DNA from: a virus
Reading direction: 5' to 3' (one strand)
DNA length: 64,000 nt
IMG/VR virus record: IMGVR_UViG_3300037475_000032
Location: 64,001-128,000 of that record
Part shown: positions 19,105 to 26,889 of the stretch, piece by piece
How positions within the stretch are numbered: position 1 is the first letter of the stretch
Layout: each line of letters opens with the position of its first letter
Notes under the pieces: generated by a model
Told to the model about the DNA's origin: nothing
Database searches by the model: none
Seen by the model: the letters and a program-made list of their open reading frames with translations, nothing else
Program-made: the position numbers and the translations under genes

Positions 19105-19320
19105 GTGTTTACCGAAGACGAGATAAAGGCATTGGTCGCGCACGCTGTACACATGGCACGCACGACGACTCCTGGAAATGTCTGCAATGAGGCAGTCGTA
19201 CAGCAGGTCATGAAGGAAGAGTTCGTGCCCGGACAGGGATGGAAGTCCAAGTACTTCACATCCGATGAGCGCCCGGAGACGGACTTGATCGATCTTTGGC
19301 TCTCAGAGCCACGTATCTAG
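19105..19320 (+). CDS. hypothetical protein
   Basis: GGGAG RBS. Confidence 0.6.
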   Translation: MFTEDEIKALVAHAVHMARTTTPGNVCNEAVVQQVMKEEFVPGQGWKSKYFTSDERPETDLIDLWLSEPRI

Positions 19321-19407
19321 GAAGGTACGCGAATGGTTAGCACGCTGCTTGGAAAGCAGTTGGTCGTTTAAACGCACGGCTTGTGGGTTCGAGTCCCATG
19401 CCTTCCG
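19320..19407 (+). tRNA. tRNA-Ser(GGA)
   Basis: long variable arm. Confidence 0.88.
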
Positions 19408-19411
19408 CTCT

Positions 19412-19496
19412 GGATAGTACGCGAATGGAAAGCAGCCTGCCTCGAAAACAGGTGTAGGGTGAAAGTCCTTTCTGGGTTCGAGTCCCAGGCTATCCG
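19412..19496 (+). tRNA. tRNA-Ser(CGA)
   Basis: long variable arm. Confidence 0.88.
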
Positions 19497-19499
19497 TAA

Positions 19500-19571
19500 G
19501 GCGATTTAGCTCACTGGTAGAGCGGCACGCTGAAAACGTGCGCGTACCGAGTTCGATTCTCGGAATCGCCA
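19500..19571 (+). tRNA. tRNA-Phe(GAA)
   Basis: cloverleaf. Confidence 0.93.
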
Positions 19572-19594
19572 TCCATCCTGGTCCATAATAGGTG

Positions 19595-20077
19595 ATGCAA
19601 CCAGGAGATTTCATCCTTTGTCACCGTAAGGGGATCGTCAGCAGTATCATCCGTCTTGGTGAGCGCATACGCTTCCGTTCGGGTGACAGATGGTCCCACG
19701 TCGCCATCGTGGAGAACGATGAATGGATCATCGAGGCTCTGACGAAAGGCGTAGTGCGTTCACACATCTCAGTCTATGACAAGACCGAGAAGCTGCTTGT
19801 CAGCAGCGGCCTAGATGAGCACGACCGCCCGCAGGCTGTCGCCTTCGCTCAAAGCTGTGTGGGGCAGAAATACGGATGGCTCATCATCTTCGGAATCGCT
19901 CTGCGCTTCCTCACTCCGGGTCGAGGTCTTTGGTTCGGCTCAGATGGCAGTGAGATTTGCAGTGGCCTTGTGGCCCAGGCGTTGGTGCGTGGCCCGAAGA
20001 TCTTCAAGGTCAACCCTGCTAGCATCACTCCAGCGGAGTTGGCGGAAGAATACGCTGTACCGCACAAGAGCAAGTAG
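19595..20077 (+). CDS. permuted papain-like (YiiX/YebB, NlpC/P60) amidase
   Basis: QPGDFIL, WSHVAI, GQKY, ICSGLV. Confidence 0.85.
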   Translation: MQPGDFILCHRKGIVSSIIRLGERIRFRSGDRWSHVAIVENDEWIIEALTKGVVRSHISVYDKTEKLLVSSGLDEHDRPQAVAFAQSCVGQKYGWLIIFGIALRFLTPGRGLWFGSDGSEICSGLVAQALVRGPKIFKVNPASITPAELAEEYAVPHKSK

Positions 20078-20150
20078 GGGTTGGTAGCTCAACTGGCAGA
20101 GCAGGGGCCTCTTAAGCCCAAGGTTGAGGGTTCGATTCCCTCCCAACCCA
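20078..20150 (+). tRNA. tRNA-Lys(CTT)
   Basis: cloverleaf. Confidence 0.93.
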
Positions 20151-20155
20151 CTCAT

Positions 20156-20227
20156 AGGAACATGGTGAAATGGTAATCACGACTCTCTGATACGGAGTTA
20201 TTCTGGGTTCGATTCCCAGTGTTCCTA
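20156..20227 (+). tRNA. tRNA-Ile(GAT)
   Basis: cloverleaf. Confidence 0.92.
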
Positions 20228-20233
20228 CTGCAT

Positions 20234-20304
20234 GGCCCGGTCGTCCATGGGTAGGACCGTTGTTTCTCAGGCAACAAAACAGGGTTCGAGTCCCTGTCGG
20301 GCTA
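20234..20304 (+). tRNA. tRNA-Glu(CTC)
   Basis: cloverleaf. Confidence 0.9.
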
Positions 20305-20462
20305 CTACTAATCAACCTCCTTGGAGGTAGATACAGGTCGGAGGTTCAGGTTGTCGCGCGCAGCCATCACGATCTCTGACCGGCCCGTGGATTCCCGTAT
20401 GAGGTGAGGTAAAATCTCACTGTGCCGTAACGGGATGGTGGAGGAAGCGACGGCGATTACGA

Positions 20463-20536
20463 CGCGGAGTGGAGCAGTCTGGAAGCTCGCTTGGCCCATA
20501 ACCAAGAGGTCGGGGGTTCGAATCCCTCCTCCGCTA
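20463..20536 (+). tRNA. tRNA-fMet(CAT)
   Basis: CGCGGAGTGGAGCAG, C1:72 mismatch. Confidence 0.9.
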
Positions 20537-20600
20537 TACGGATGAAAACATGCACATGTACCCACTTCATGTGTACGTTTTCCTCCAATGATGTGTACAT

Positions 20601-20674
20601 TGCTCGTTAGGGGAATTGGCAGACCCGCTCGGCTCTGAACCGAGAGTATCCAGGTTCGACCCCTGGACGAGCAG
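20601..20674 (+). tRNA. tRNA-Gln(CTG)
   Basis: U1-A72, ctCTGaa. Confidence 0.92.
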
Positions 20675-20680
20675 CTTCTT

Positions 20681-20752
20681 TCCGGGATCGTACAATCGGC
20701 AGTACGGCGGACTCTGAATCCGCAAATCGAGGTTCGAGCCCTTGTCCCGGAG
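20681..20752 (+). tRNA. tRNA-Gln(CTG)
   Basis: U1-A72, ctCTGaa. Confidence 0.92.
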
Positions 20753-20847
20753 CTAATACAGCGTCACCGTTGGGTGACCGGAGGTCCGTCAGATGGCGGC
20801 CGTACGGGTGAGCGCTACCGCTTTCGGGTGAGAGTCCCGACTTACAT

Positions 20848-20942
20848 GCGTCTGTAGCTGAATGGTAGAGTCGGCCTCAAAAACCGGCCACAGCACTGGG
20901 TTTTCACCCCAGCGGATGCGGGTTCAAGTCCCGTCAGGCGCA
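20848..20942 (+). tRNA. tRNA-Glu(TTC) with about 20-nt D-loop insertion
   Basis: CTGGG ttTTCac CCCAG; 95 nt. Confidence 0.8.
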
Positions 20943-20947
20943 CTCAT

Positions 20948-21022
20948 TGGGGAATAGAATATGCTGGTATGTTCGCCTGACTTTGAATCAGGAGGCCGTG
21001 GGTTCGATTCCTACTTCCCCAG
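20948..21022 (+). tRNA. tRNA-Gln(TTG)
   Basis: cloverleaf. Confidence 0.9.
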
Positions 21023-21026
21023 CTTT

Positions 21027-21129
21027 GCCCTTGTGGCGGAATCGGCATACGCATCCGGCTTAAACCCGGCCACGCGAGCTTCCTCTCAACAAGGTCTCGC
21101 ACTTGAGGGTTCGACTCCCTCCAAGGGCA
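21027..21129 (+). tRNA. tRNA-Leu(TAA), oversized variable arm
   Basis: ctTAAac; 103 nt. Confidence 0.85.
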
Positions 21130-21207
21130 CTTCGCCCCAGATCCGCCTCTGCTCGATACTGCGACGGCAGTGAGTATGCGCCTGGGGCCACGAATGTAGT
21201 GAACCAT

Positions 21208-21280
21208 GGCGTGGTTCGTATATCGGTCAATACTCCAGGTTGTGAACCTGGCAAGATGGGTTCGATTCCCATACCTCGCC
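21208..21280 (+). tRNA. tRNA-His(GTG)
   Basis: encoded G-1, C73. Confidence 0.9.
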
Positions 21281-21282
21281 CT

Positions 21283-21356
21283 GTGAGCGATCCCGAAGTG
21301 GTCGAGGGTCCGGGTTGTGATTCCGGCGTAGGCGAGTTCGAGTCTCGTCGCTCACC
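21283..21356 (+). tRNA. tRNA-His(GTG)
   Basis: cloverleaf, C73, no encoded G-1. Confidence 0.88.
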
Positions 21357-21385
21357 CTTTTCTTCGTGCTCCTCATCCGTAATGG

Positions 21386-21724
21386 ATGATGTTCCGCAAA
21401 GGCAATACGGTCCCACTCAGAGAGTACTTCGAGGCTCTACGTGTTGCCGACCAACGAGCCCTCCAGATCAAGGAGGTAGCGGACAAGGATGCACTCAGGC
21501 TGGCTCGTGAGATCCAGACGTACAAGGACGAGAAGGCTAACGAGCTACGCAGTCAGATCGAGCGAGAACAAGGCGAACGTGCCACCAAGAAGGAACTGCA
21601 AGATCTGGCAGACCGCATCCAGGAGGAACGCCACACGGGCGGTCTCGATACACGCACATTGGTCGTTAGCATAGTCCTGATTCTTGTGGGTATAGCTGCG
21701 ATCATCGGGCCACATATTCACTAA
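21386..21724 (+). CDS. coiled-coil protein with C-terminal TM helix
   Basis: LVVSIVLILVGIAAII. Confidence 0.7.
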   Translation: MMFRKGNTVPLREYFEALRVADQRALQIKEVADKDALRLAREIQTYKDEKANELRSQIEREQGERATKKELQDLADRIQEERHTGGLDTRTLVVSIVLILVGIAAIIGPHIH

Positions 21725-21728
21725 CTTT

Positions 21729-21802
21729 GCTCCTCTGGTGTAACGGTTAGCACAACTGGTCTTATAAGCAGTCAGGTCGGGGTTCAAATCCTCGGGGGAG
21801 TA
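21729..21802 (+). tRNA. tRNA-Ile(TAT), bulged anticodon stem
   Basis: ACTG(G)T ctTATaa GCAGT. Confidence 0.75.
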
Positions 21803-21814
21803 CTTGCAGCATAC

Positions 21815-21889
21815 GGGTGTGTACCAAATGTTGGCTTTGGAACTGGCTCTTAACCAGAGTACACGCAGGTTCGATTCCTGTCACGCCCA
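21815..21889 (+). tRNA. tRNA-Lys(CTT), atypical
   Basis: CTGG ctCTTaa CCAG. Confidence 0.8.
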
Positions 21890-21890
21890 T

Positions 21891-22025
21891 GGGTGGTCCG
21901 CGAGGACATTGCGGGTTCGAGTCCCGTCATGGACACAACGCCGTTACCTGTGTGTACAGCAGGTGCGCTCGATTCTAGATAGAGCGAGGCCAAGTGCTCG
22001 TGTATGCTAACTGGTAAAGCAGCCC
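21891..22025 (+). ncRNA. circularly permuted tRNA-like RNA (YrlA-like topology)
   Basis: Variable arm, T arm and acceptor 3' strand precede the acceptor 5' strand and D arm. Confidence 0.6.
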
Positions 22026-22033
22026 TAACGCTT

Positions 22034-22108
22034 GTCGCCATCGTCTAGCCTGGTTCAGGACGCGGCCCTCTCACGGCCGAAACACGGGTTCAAATCCCGT
22101 TGGCGGTA
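22034..22108 (+). tRNA. tRNA-Glu(CTC)
   Basis: cloverleaf. Confidence 0.93.
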
Positions 22109-22135
22109 CTTGCTCAGATGTGGTATCCTACCGCC

Positions 22136-22771
22136 ATGAGTCGCGCTAGACCATGGAGGGATCAGGAGACCGGACAAACCCACTGGTTTGACTACCGTTC
22201 TTCCTCCGCCACAGTCGAGCAACTTGAGATCTTGGCCGATGCAGAGGGTCTTGATCTTGACGACCTACTTGACGAGGGCCTGTCGCAAAGGCAGGTGTTG
22301 TTTCGGCTACATGCCGTCACTAACCTCATCCCGGAGAGAGTCCTGGAGCGCAGGCAAGAACGCCTCGAACGCTCCCAGGTCGAACCGATCTGCCGGATAT
22401 GCAGCTTGTACGGATGGGAGTGCGAGGGTAAGATCACTCGTCACCATTTCGTGCCAAGGTGGCTCATGCGAGAGCTTGATAGCTACCAGACCTACGCCGC
22501 GAAGGCGAGGTGTACCATCCCCGTGTGTGTCGGTCGCCACCGCGATCTTCACTACAGGGAAAGTGATATTGACAAGAGCATCGTTCCGTACCTAACGGCT
22601 GAGGAGAAGGAGCTAGCACGCATCCTACTCCAAGAGCTAAAGGACGAGCGTCCAACGATCTACGAGTTGATCGGCGGCGGAAGTACTGCGAGCTACGAGT
22701 ACCAGCTTGTCCGAGACTTTAGGCGAGGAGGTTTCGAGTCAGTGACACATGGAGAAATTGAAGGTCCATAG
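22136..22771 (+). CDS. HNH-like hypothetical protein
   Basis: CRIC..ITRHH..PVCVGRHRDLH; TATCCT-N6-ATG leaderless start. Confidence 0.65.
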   Translation: MSRARPWRDQETGQTHWFDYRSSSATVEQLEILADAEGLDLDDLLDEGLSQRQVLFRLHAVTNLIPERVLERRQERLERSQVEPICRICSLYGWECEGKITRHHFVPRWLMRELDSYQTYAAKARCTIPVCVGRHRDLHYRESDIDKSIVPYLTAEEKELARILLQELKDERPTIYELIGGGSTASYEYQLVRDFRRGGFESVTHGEIEGP

Positions 22772-22811
22772 CCTTACGCCGTGAGTGAGGGCGAAAATAC
22801 TCACTCAGCTA

Positions 22812-22884
22812 CTCCTCGTGGTCCAGTGGATAAGACGCTGCCCTGCGAAGGCGGAGATCGGAGGTTCGAGTCCTCCCGAGGAGA
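22812..22884 (+). tRNA. tRNA-Arg(GCG)
   Basis: CTGCC ctGCGaa GGCGG. Confidence 0.9.
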
Positions 22885-22887
22885 CTA

Positions 22888-22959
22888 GATGCGGTGGCCC
22901 AAGTGAGAGGCAGCCCGACAAGGGAAGAGTTGCCGGAATCCAAACCCGGCTCGCATCTG
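22888..22959 (+). ncRNA. tRNA-like RNA with collapsed anticodon arm
   Basis: AGATGCGG/TCGCATCT stem, D-like arm, CCC gacaa GGG, GCCGG/CCGGC arm. Confidence 0.5.
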
Positions 22960-22973
22960 CTATTGTAGTTCTT

Positions 22974-23047
22974 GCCCATATCGCCTAACGGACATGGCAC
23001 CAGTCTTCGAAACTGGCACAATCCGGGTTCGACTCCCGGTGTGGGCG
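22974..23047 (+). tRNA. tRNA-Arg(TCG)
   Basis: cloverleaf. Confidence 0.92.
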
Positions 23048-23302
23048 CTAGGAAGGTAGCTCCTTCCCAGAGGGACGAGAGAAGTCCGCGACAACCAAGA
23101 TGGACTGTGAGGGAGTTGCGGGGTAAGGTTCGCTACCGGCTTACATCTGGGCTATTCAGTCAACGCACCAGAGGGCCAAAGGGTAGGTCCCATCTCTTCG
23201 TTCCTTGTCTTTAGGCTCCTGCCGCTGACCTGAAAAGGCGGGAGTAGGTCAGAAGGCCCACGGTGCGCTACCAGCACTGCGATGTTCGCCCGTGGGACCC
23301 TT

Positions 23303-23374
23303 GGGGTAGTCGTATAACGGCGATTACAGCAGCTTGCCATGTTGCAGACGGGGGTTCGACTCCCCTCTACCCCT
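23303..23374 (+). tRNA. tRNA-Gly(GCC)
   Basis: ttGCCat, U73. Confidence 0.9.
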
Positions 23375-23498
23375 CTTCGCCGCAGGCGATGGTGAGCGCA
23401 GTCAGGAGTGAGCACGCAGCAGCAAGTTAGTACGGTACAGTACGGTTGGGGACTCATAAACCCTATACTTGCGGCGCACGTCCGCACGTACTAATCAC

Positions 23499-23572
23499 GC
23501 ACTTGTAGCTCAGATGGTAAGAGCACTGGCTTGAAACCCCAGGTGTCGGAGAGTCGAAACCTCCCAAGTGCA
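23499..23572 (+). tRNA. tRNA-Phe(GAA), atypical T arm
   Basis: cloverleaf. Confidence 0.85.
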
Positions 23573-23863
23573 TGTAGTAGACGGCCGCTGTCCCTAGACT
23601 GGGGATAGAGGAAGTTCGGGACATCCTGGCCTGGGAAACTGGGTCGCTTCCGTAACCAGGAGGCATAGACAACTGACGTGTGGCGGGAGCCCTTGGCGCT
23701 TGAACCGAGCACGGTTGGTGAGGATGCAATCTCAAGCAGCGAAACCTAAGGGCTCTGCCTATGGTCATAGCGGGTTGGGAGCAGCGTGGGGATAACACCC
23801 TATACGCCACGCGCGAGCGTGAGAAAGATGGTCGTCCTAGACAGAATCCCGGCTACAGCTACA
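23573..23863 (+). ncRNA. rnpB: RNase P RNA (compact)
   Basis: CR-I GAGGAAGTTCGGGAC and CR-V ACAGAATCCCGGCTA pair as P4; P1, P2 (GACGGCC/GGTCGTC), P3 and P5 (CATCCT/AGGATG-CAA) are present. Confidence 0.87.
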
Positions 23864-23867
23864 GTAT

Positions 23868-23939
23868 GCCTGCTAAGCATAAATGGTGATGCACTGGTCT
23901 TGTAAACCAGATAACTGGGTTCGATTCCCAGAGTAGGCT
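23868..23939 (+). tRNA. tRNA-Thr(TGT)
   Basis: cloverleaf. Confidence 0.92.
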
Positions 23940-23968
23940 TCTCGCTCCATCCCTCGACTTAAGAGGTG

Positions 23969-24457
23969 ATGAGTGACTTTCGTGTGATCCAAGGATGCCC
24001 GTGTAACCCTACACTGGCCCCGTACATCGCCATGGTCTCTGAGGAGATCAACGGTGTCGTCAACAGTATCTATCGTGGTGCTGATGCCGAGTCGATCCTT
24101 CGAGCACACGGACACCAGAGTCAGGCCCAACTCTACAACGGTTGGATTCACAGGTTGCCGGGATACCTTCCCGCTAACCCTCCTGGCCGAAGCACTCACG
24201 AGCTTCGCTCCGATGGAGTCGCTTACGCGGGTCCGGTAGGTCGCAAGCTCGATTGGTGGCAGCAGGGCTTCGACGTGAATGACGATCAGGTCAATCACTG
24301 GAAGTCCGCAGCACGCAGCCATGGATGGGTACTCTTTCAGCCGTACAACAGCGGCTCCGAGTTCCACCACCTCAACTTCCATCAGCCTCCGCATCCGCCG
24401 AGTCTGAGAACGAGATTGAGGATCATCAAGTTGCGAGCGACGCTGCCACGTCACTAA
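23969..24457 (+). CDS. M15-like Zn peptidoglycan peptidase
   Basis: QAQLY..ANPPGRSTHE..DV..EFHH. Confidence 0.7.
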   Translation: MSDFRVIQGCPCNPTLAPYIAMVSEEINGVVNSIYRGADAESILRAHGHQSQAQLYNGWIHRLPGYLPANPPGRSTHELRSDGVAYAGPVGRKLDWWQQGFDVNDDQVNHWKSAARSHGWVLFQPYNSGSEFHHLNFHQPPHPPSLRTRLRIIKLRATLPRH

Positions 24458-24461
24458 TCAT

Positions 24462-24533
24462 GGGGGATTAGTGCTAATGGGAACACGCTGCCCTTGCAAG
24501 GCAGAGTTACGGGTTCGACTCCCGTATCCTCCA
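24462..24533 (+). tRNA. tRNA-Ala(TGC)
   Basis: G3:U70. Confidence 0.93.
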
Positions 24534-24535
24534 CT

Positions 24536-24603
24536 GCGCACGTAGTCTAAGTAGGACGCCCGCCATGAGGCGGGTAGTGCAGGTCCGACCCCTGCCGTGT
24601 GCT
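24536..24603 (+). ncRNA. tRNA-like RNA with 4-6 nt anticodon loop
   Basis: GCGCACG/CGTGTGC-U, CCCGCC atga GGCGGG, T arm GCAGG tccgacc CCTGC. Confidence 0.65.
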
Positions 24604-24607
24604 CTAT

Positions 24608-24678
24608 GCGGGTATGGTCTAATGGTATGACAAGTGCCTTCCAAGCTCTTGATGCCGGTTCGATTCCGGCTATCCGCT
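24608..24678 (+). tRNA. tRNA-Gly(TCC)
   Basis: cloverleaf. Confidence 0.92.
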
Positions 24679-24784
24679 CTCTGTGAGCCCCAGACGCGCC
24701 ATCCGTGCGGGAATAGACGGCCGTCACCAATACCGGAATGTGTCTCGGGTGTAAACGACCATGAACACGGCGCTCATAGTACCC

Positions 24785-24856
24785 GGTTCCATAGTGAAAC
24801 GGCCATCACGCTAGCCTGTCACGCTGGAGGTAGGGGTTCGATTCCCCTTGGGACCG
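24785..24856 (+). tRNA. tRNA-Asp(GTC)
   Basis: cloverleaf. Confidence 0.92.
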
Positions 24857-25003
24857 CTTAGGCTATACAGACCGGGCACATCAGCCCGGACGCTGAGCTA
24901 ACTCTCGTCGTCCTTGCCATGTGCCGCACCCCGGATTAGGGAGTACATGGGCGTCGAGTTACACGAGTAGCCGATCATCCGTGCAAGCGGTAGGTGAAAG
25001 CCA

Positions 25004-25074
25004 CGCTCTCAGGCGATGGCAGCCAAACGGAGTCATAATCCGTCTAGGTGTGGGTTCGAGTCCCACGGGAGCGA
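25004..25074 (+). tRNA. tRNA(CAT) Met/Ile2, atypical
   Basis: ACGGA gtCATaa TCCGT. Confidence 0.8.
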
Positions 25075-25149
25075 CTAACAACCGGGCGCGATATCCTCGA
25101 CACAGGACTCTCATCTTAGTTTTCTTTGAGTCCTGGCGCGGAATAAGTG

Positions 25150-25782
25150 ATGGCATCAAATCGCTATTTCGCAGACATCTCCTCGAATAACTCGTTCTTC
25201 GACGCTGAGGACTACCGTCGCGGTGGTCATCTCCTCGTAGCGATCAAGGCTACGCAGGGAACAGGCTACGTTAACCCCGACTACAAGAGGTGGGTCCTCG
25301 ACGCCCACAACCACGGGCTCGTCGTCCTCCATTACCACTTCGCCACGACCAACGACCCCATCGCCGAGGCCAACCACTTCCTTTCCACCACGAGGAACTA
25401 CTTCGGCAAGAGAGATTCGCTTGTCCTCGACCTTGAGGTCACGGCTCAGGACAACCCCGGTCAGGGCTACACGCTCACCAACCCGGTGAACTACCGCAAG
25501 TGGTTCGACACGCAGCTATTCCGTCACGGCCACAAGTCGATCCTGTACAGCTACGCTGCCTACCTACGTCAGTACGGCGCAGGGCTCAGGCCGATCTCGA
25601 AGAAGATCTGGGTCGCCGACTACGAGACCCATCCTCAGGGCGGATGGTGGGGCAACTCGTGGGCCTGGCAGTTCACGGATGGTGAACACGGGCCGAAGCC
25701 GCACTCGTGCATGGGTGTCGGACGCTGCGATGTCTCGCAGGTCAATCCGGCTACCTATCTTCGCTTGCGTCTCGGTCGCTAA
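25150..25782 (+). CDS. GH25 muramidase (endolysin)
   Basis: DIS, KATQGTGYVNP, YHF, LDLE, WVADY, WQFT. Confidence 0.92.
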   Translation: MASNRYFADISSNNSFFDAEDYRRGGHLLVAIKATQGTGYVNPDYKRWVLDAHNHGLVVLHYHFATTNDPIAEANHFLSTTRNYFGKRDSLVLDLEVTAQDNPGQGYTLTNPVNYRKWFDTQLFRHGHKSILYSYAAYLRQYGAGLRPISKKIWVADYETHPQGGWWGNSWAWQFTDGEHGPKPHSCMGVGRCDVSQVNPATYLRLRLGR

Positions 25783-25824
25783 ATAGGTGGCGTGGAGACG
25801 CAATCCAACCTTCAAGGAGAACAC

Positions 25825-26202
25825 ATGGCAGAACCAGGAGCAGTAGCACCAACAGCCGCAGATCCGGCTATTCAGACCGCCGTCACAGACGTTGCGCAGG
25901 AGGTTCCTGCGGTCGTCAAGGACGTTGAGACCAAGAACGTCGCTGGCGTCGTATCAGCCGGTGAGTCCCTTTACTCGGAGCTTGCTCCGCTTGCCCCAAC
26001 CCTCCTACAGGAGGCCAAGGCTGGCTACAAGACAACCGAGTTCTGGGTCTTGATCGTATGGGAGGCCGCAACACAGACAGGAGCCTTGCATCTTCCGGGC
26101 ACCTGGGGCAAGCTCGTCGCCGGTATCGGCGGAGTCGCTTCCTACGTCCTCTCGCGTGGTCTTGCCAAGAGCGGCACACCGAACCAGACGCCTAGCGTCT
26201 AG
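25825..26202 (+). CDS. putative holin
   Basis: Follows the lysin; GYKTTEFW..YVLSRGLAK with TM segments. Confidence 0.65.
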   Translation: MAEPGAVAPTAADPAIQTAVTDVAQEVPAVVKDVETKNVAGVVSAGESLYSELAPLAPTLLQEAKAGYKTTEFWVLIVWEAATQTGALHLPGTWGKLVAGIGGVASYVLSRGLAKSGTPNQTPSV

Positions 26203-26225
26203 GCTCGACCAACAAGCGTTTAAAC

Positions 26226-26254
26226 GGGGAGCCTTCGGGCTCCCCTTTGCTTTT
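26226..26254 (+). terminator. intrinsic terminator
   Basis: GGGGAGCC TTCG GGCTCCCC TTTGCTTTT. Confidence 0.85.
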
Positions 26255-26283
26255 CAGAGCAGTGCTTGAAGGTAATCAGCGAC

Positions 26284-26889
26284 ATGGCAATGACTACCTC
26301 ATTCATGGGTCTGCGAGCCTGGAATCAGTTGCTCGATGATTATGACCACGATCAGCTAACTGACAACTGGGCCAAGATCGACAATCACGATCACACGCCC
26401 GGTCGAGGAGTACTGCTCACAACCGAGAGCATCGCCAATGCCTCGATCACGCTTCCGCAGATGGCTTCTGCCTCTCTCGGCCTAGCAGCCGGGACCTTCC
26501 TTGCCACCACCTCCACCACGGCGCTTACGGCCAACGTCGAAGCCAAGGTGGCCTTCACCTCCAAGACCTACGATGTGTCTAGCTGGTTTGATGTCGTCAC
26601 GAACGTCGGGCGCTACACACCGCTCACACAGGGCTACTACAGGCTGTCCTCTACGATCTTCACGACTTCCACCAATGTCCTGCGAGCCATCATCTACAAG
26701 AATGGCTCCCCGTACCTCTACGGGGCCTATGGGAGCACGGCTGGAGCCGTGGGCTCAGCCCAAGTCACGGGAATCGTCCACACCAACGGCACAACCGACT
26801 TCTTCGAAATCTTCGCCCTCAGTACAGCTACCACGGCTCTGACGGGTGCGCAGTGCTACTTTGCCGGTGAGTTGATCGGGCTCGGCTAA
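26284..26889 (+). CDS. tail fibre-like protein (C1q-like C-terminus)
   Basis: DYDHDQLTDNWAKIDNHDHTPGRG; GRYTP..GYY. Confidence 0.6.
   Translation: MAMTTSFMGLRAWNQLLDDYDHDQLTDNWAKIDNHDHTPGRGVLLTTESIANASITLPQMASASLGLAAGTFLATTSTTALTANVEAKVAFTSKTYDVSSWFDVVTNVGRYTPLTQGYYRLSSTIFTTSTNVLRAIIYKNGSPYLYGAYGSTAGAVGSAQVTGIVHTNGTTDFFEIFALSTATTALTGAQCYFAGELIGLG

Noticed and set aside
23051-23152. GAGAGAAGTCC resembling RNase P CR-I
   Set aside because: No matching CR-V/P4 partner; the real pair lies within 23573-23863
23379-23475. SRP (4.5S) RNA candidate: GTCAGG..AGCAGC inside a GCCGCAGG/CTTGCGGC stem
   Set aside because: No GNRA-capped helix and the arms are asymmetric; kept only as an unassigned structured RNA
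14646-25074. HDV-like theta or hammerhead ribozymes at tRNA 3' ends, and tRNA introns
   Set aside because: I could not build the required folds or consensus by eye; a descriptor search is needed to exclude them
14646-25074. Suppressor, Sec or Pyl tRNA and stop-codon recoding
   Set aside because: No CTA, TCA or TTA anticodon found; genes terminate normally at all three stops
14583-25190. Many short ORFs in the track across the RNA array
   Set aside because: They overlap tRNA, tmRNA or RNase P genes and lack motifs; spurious
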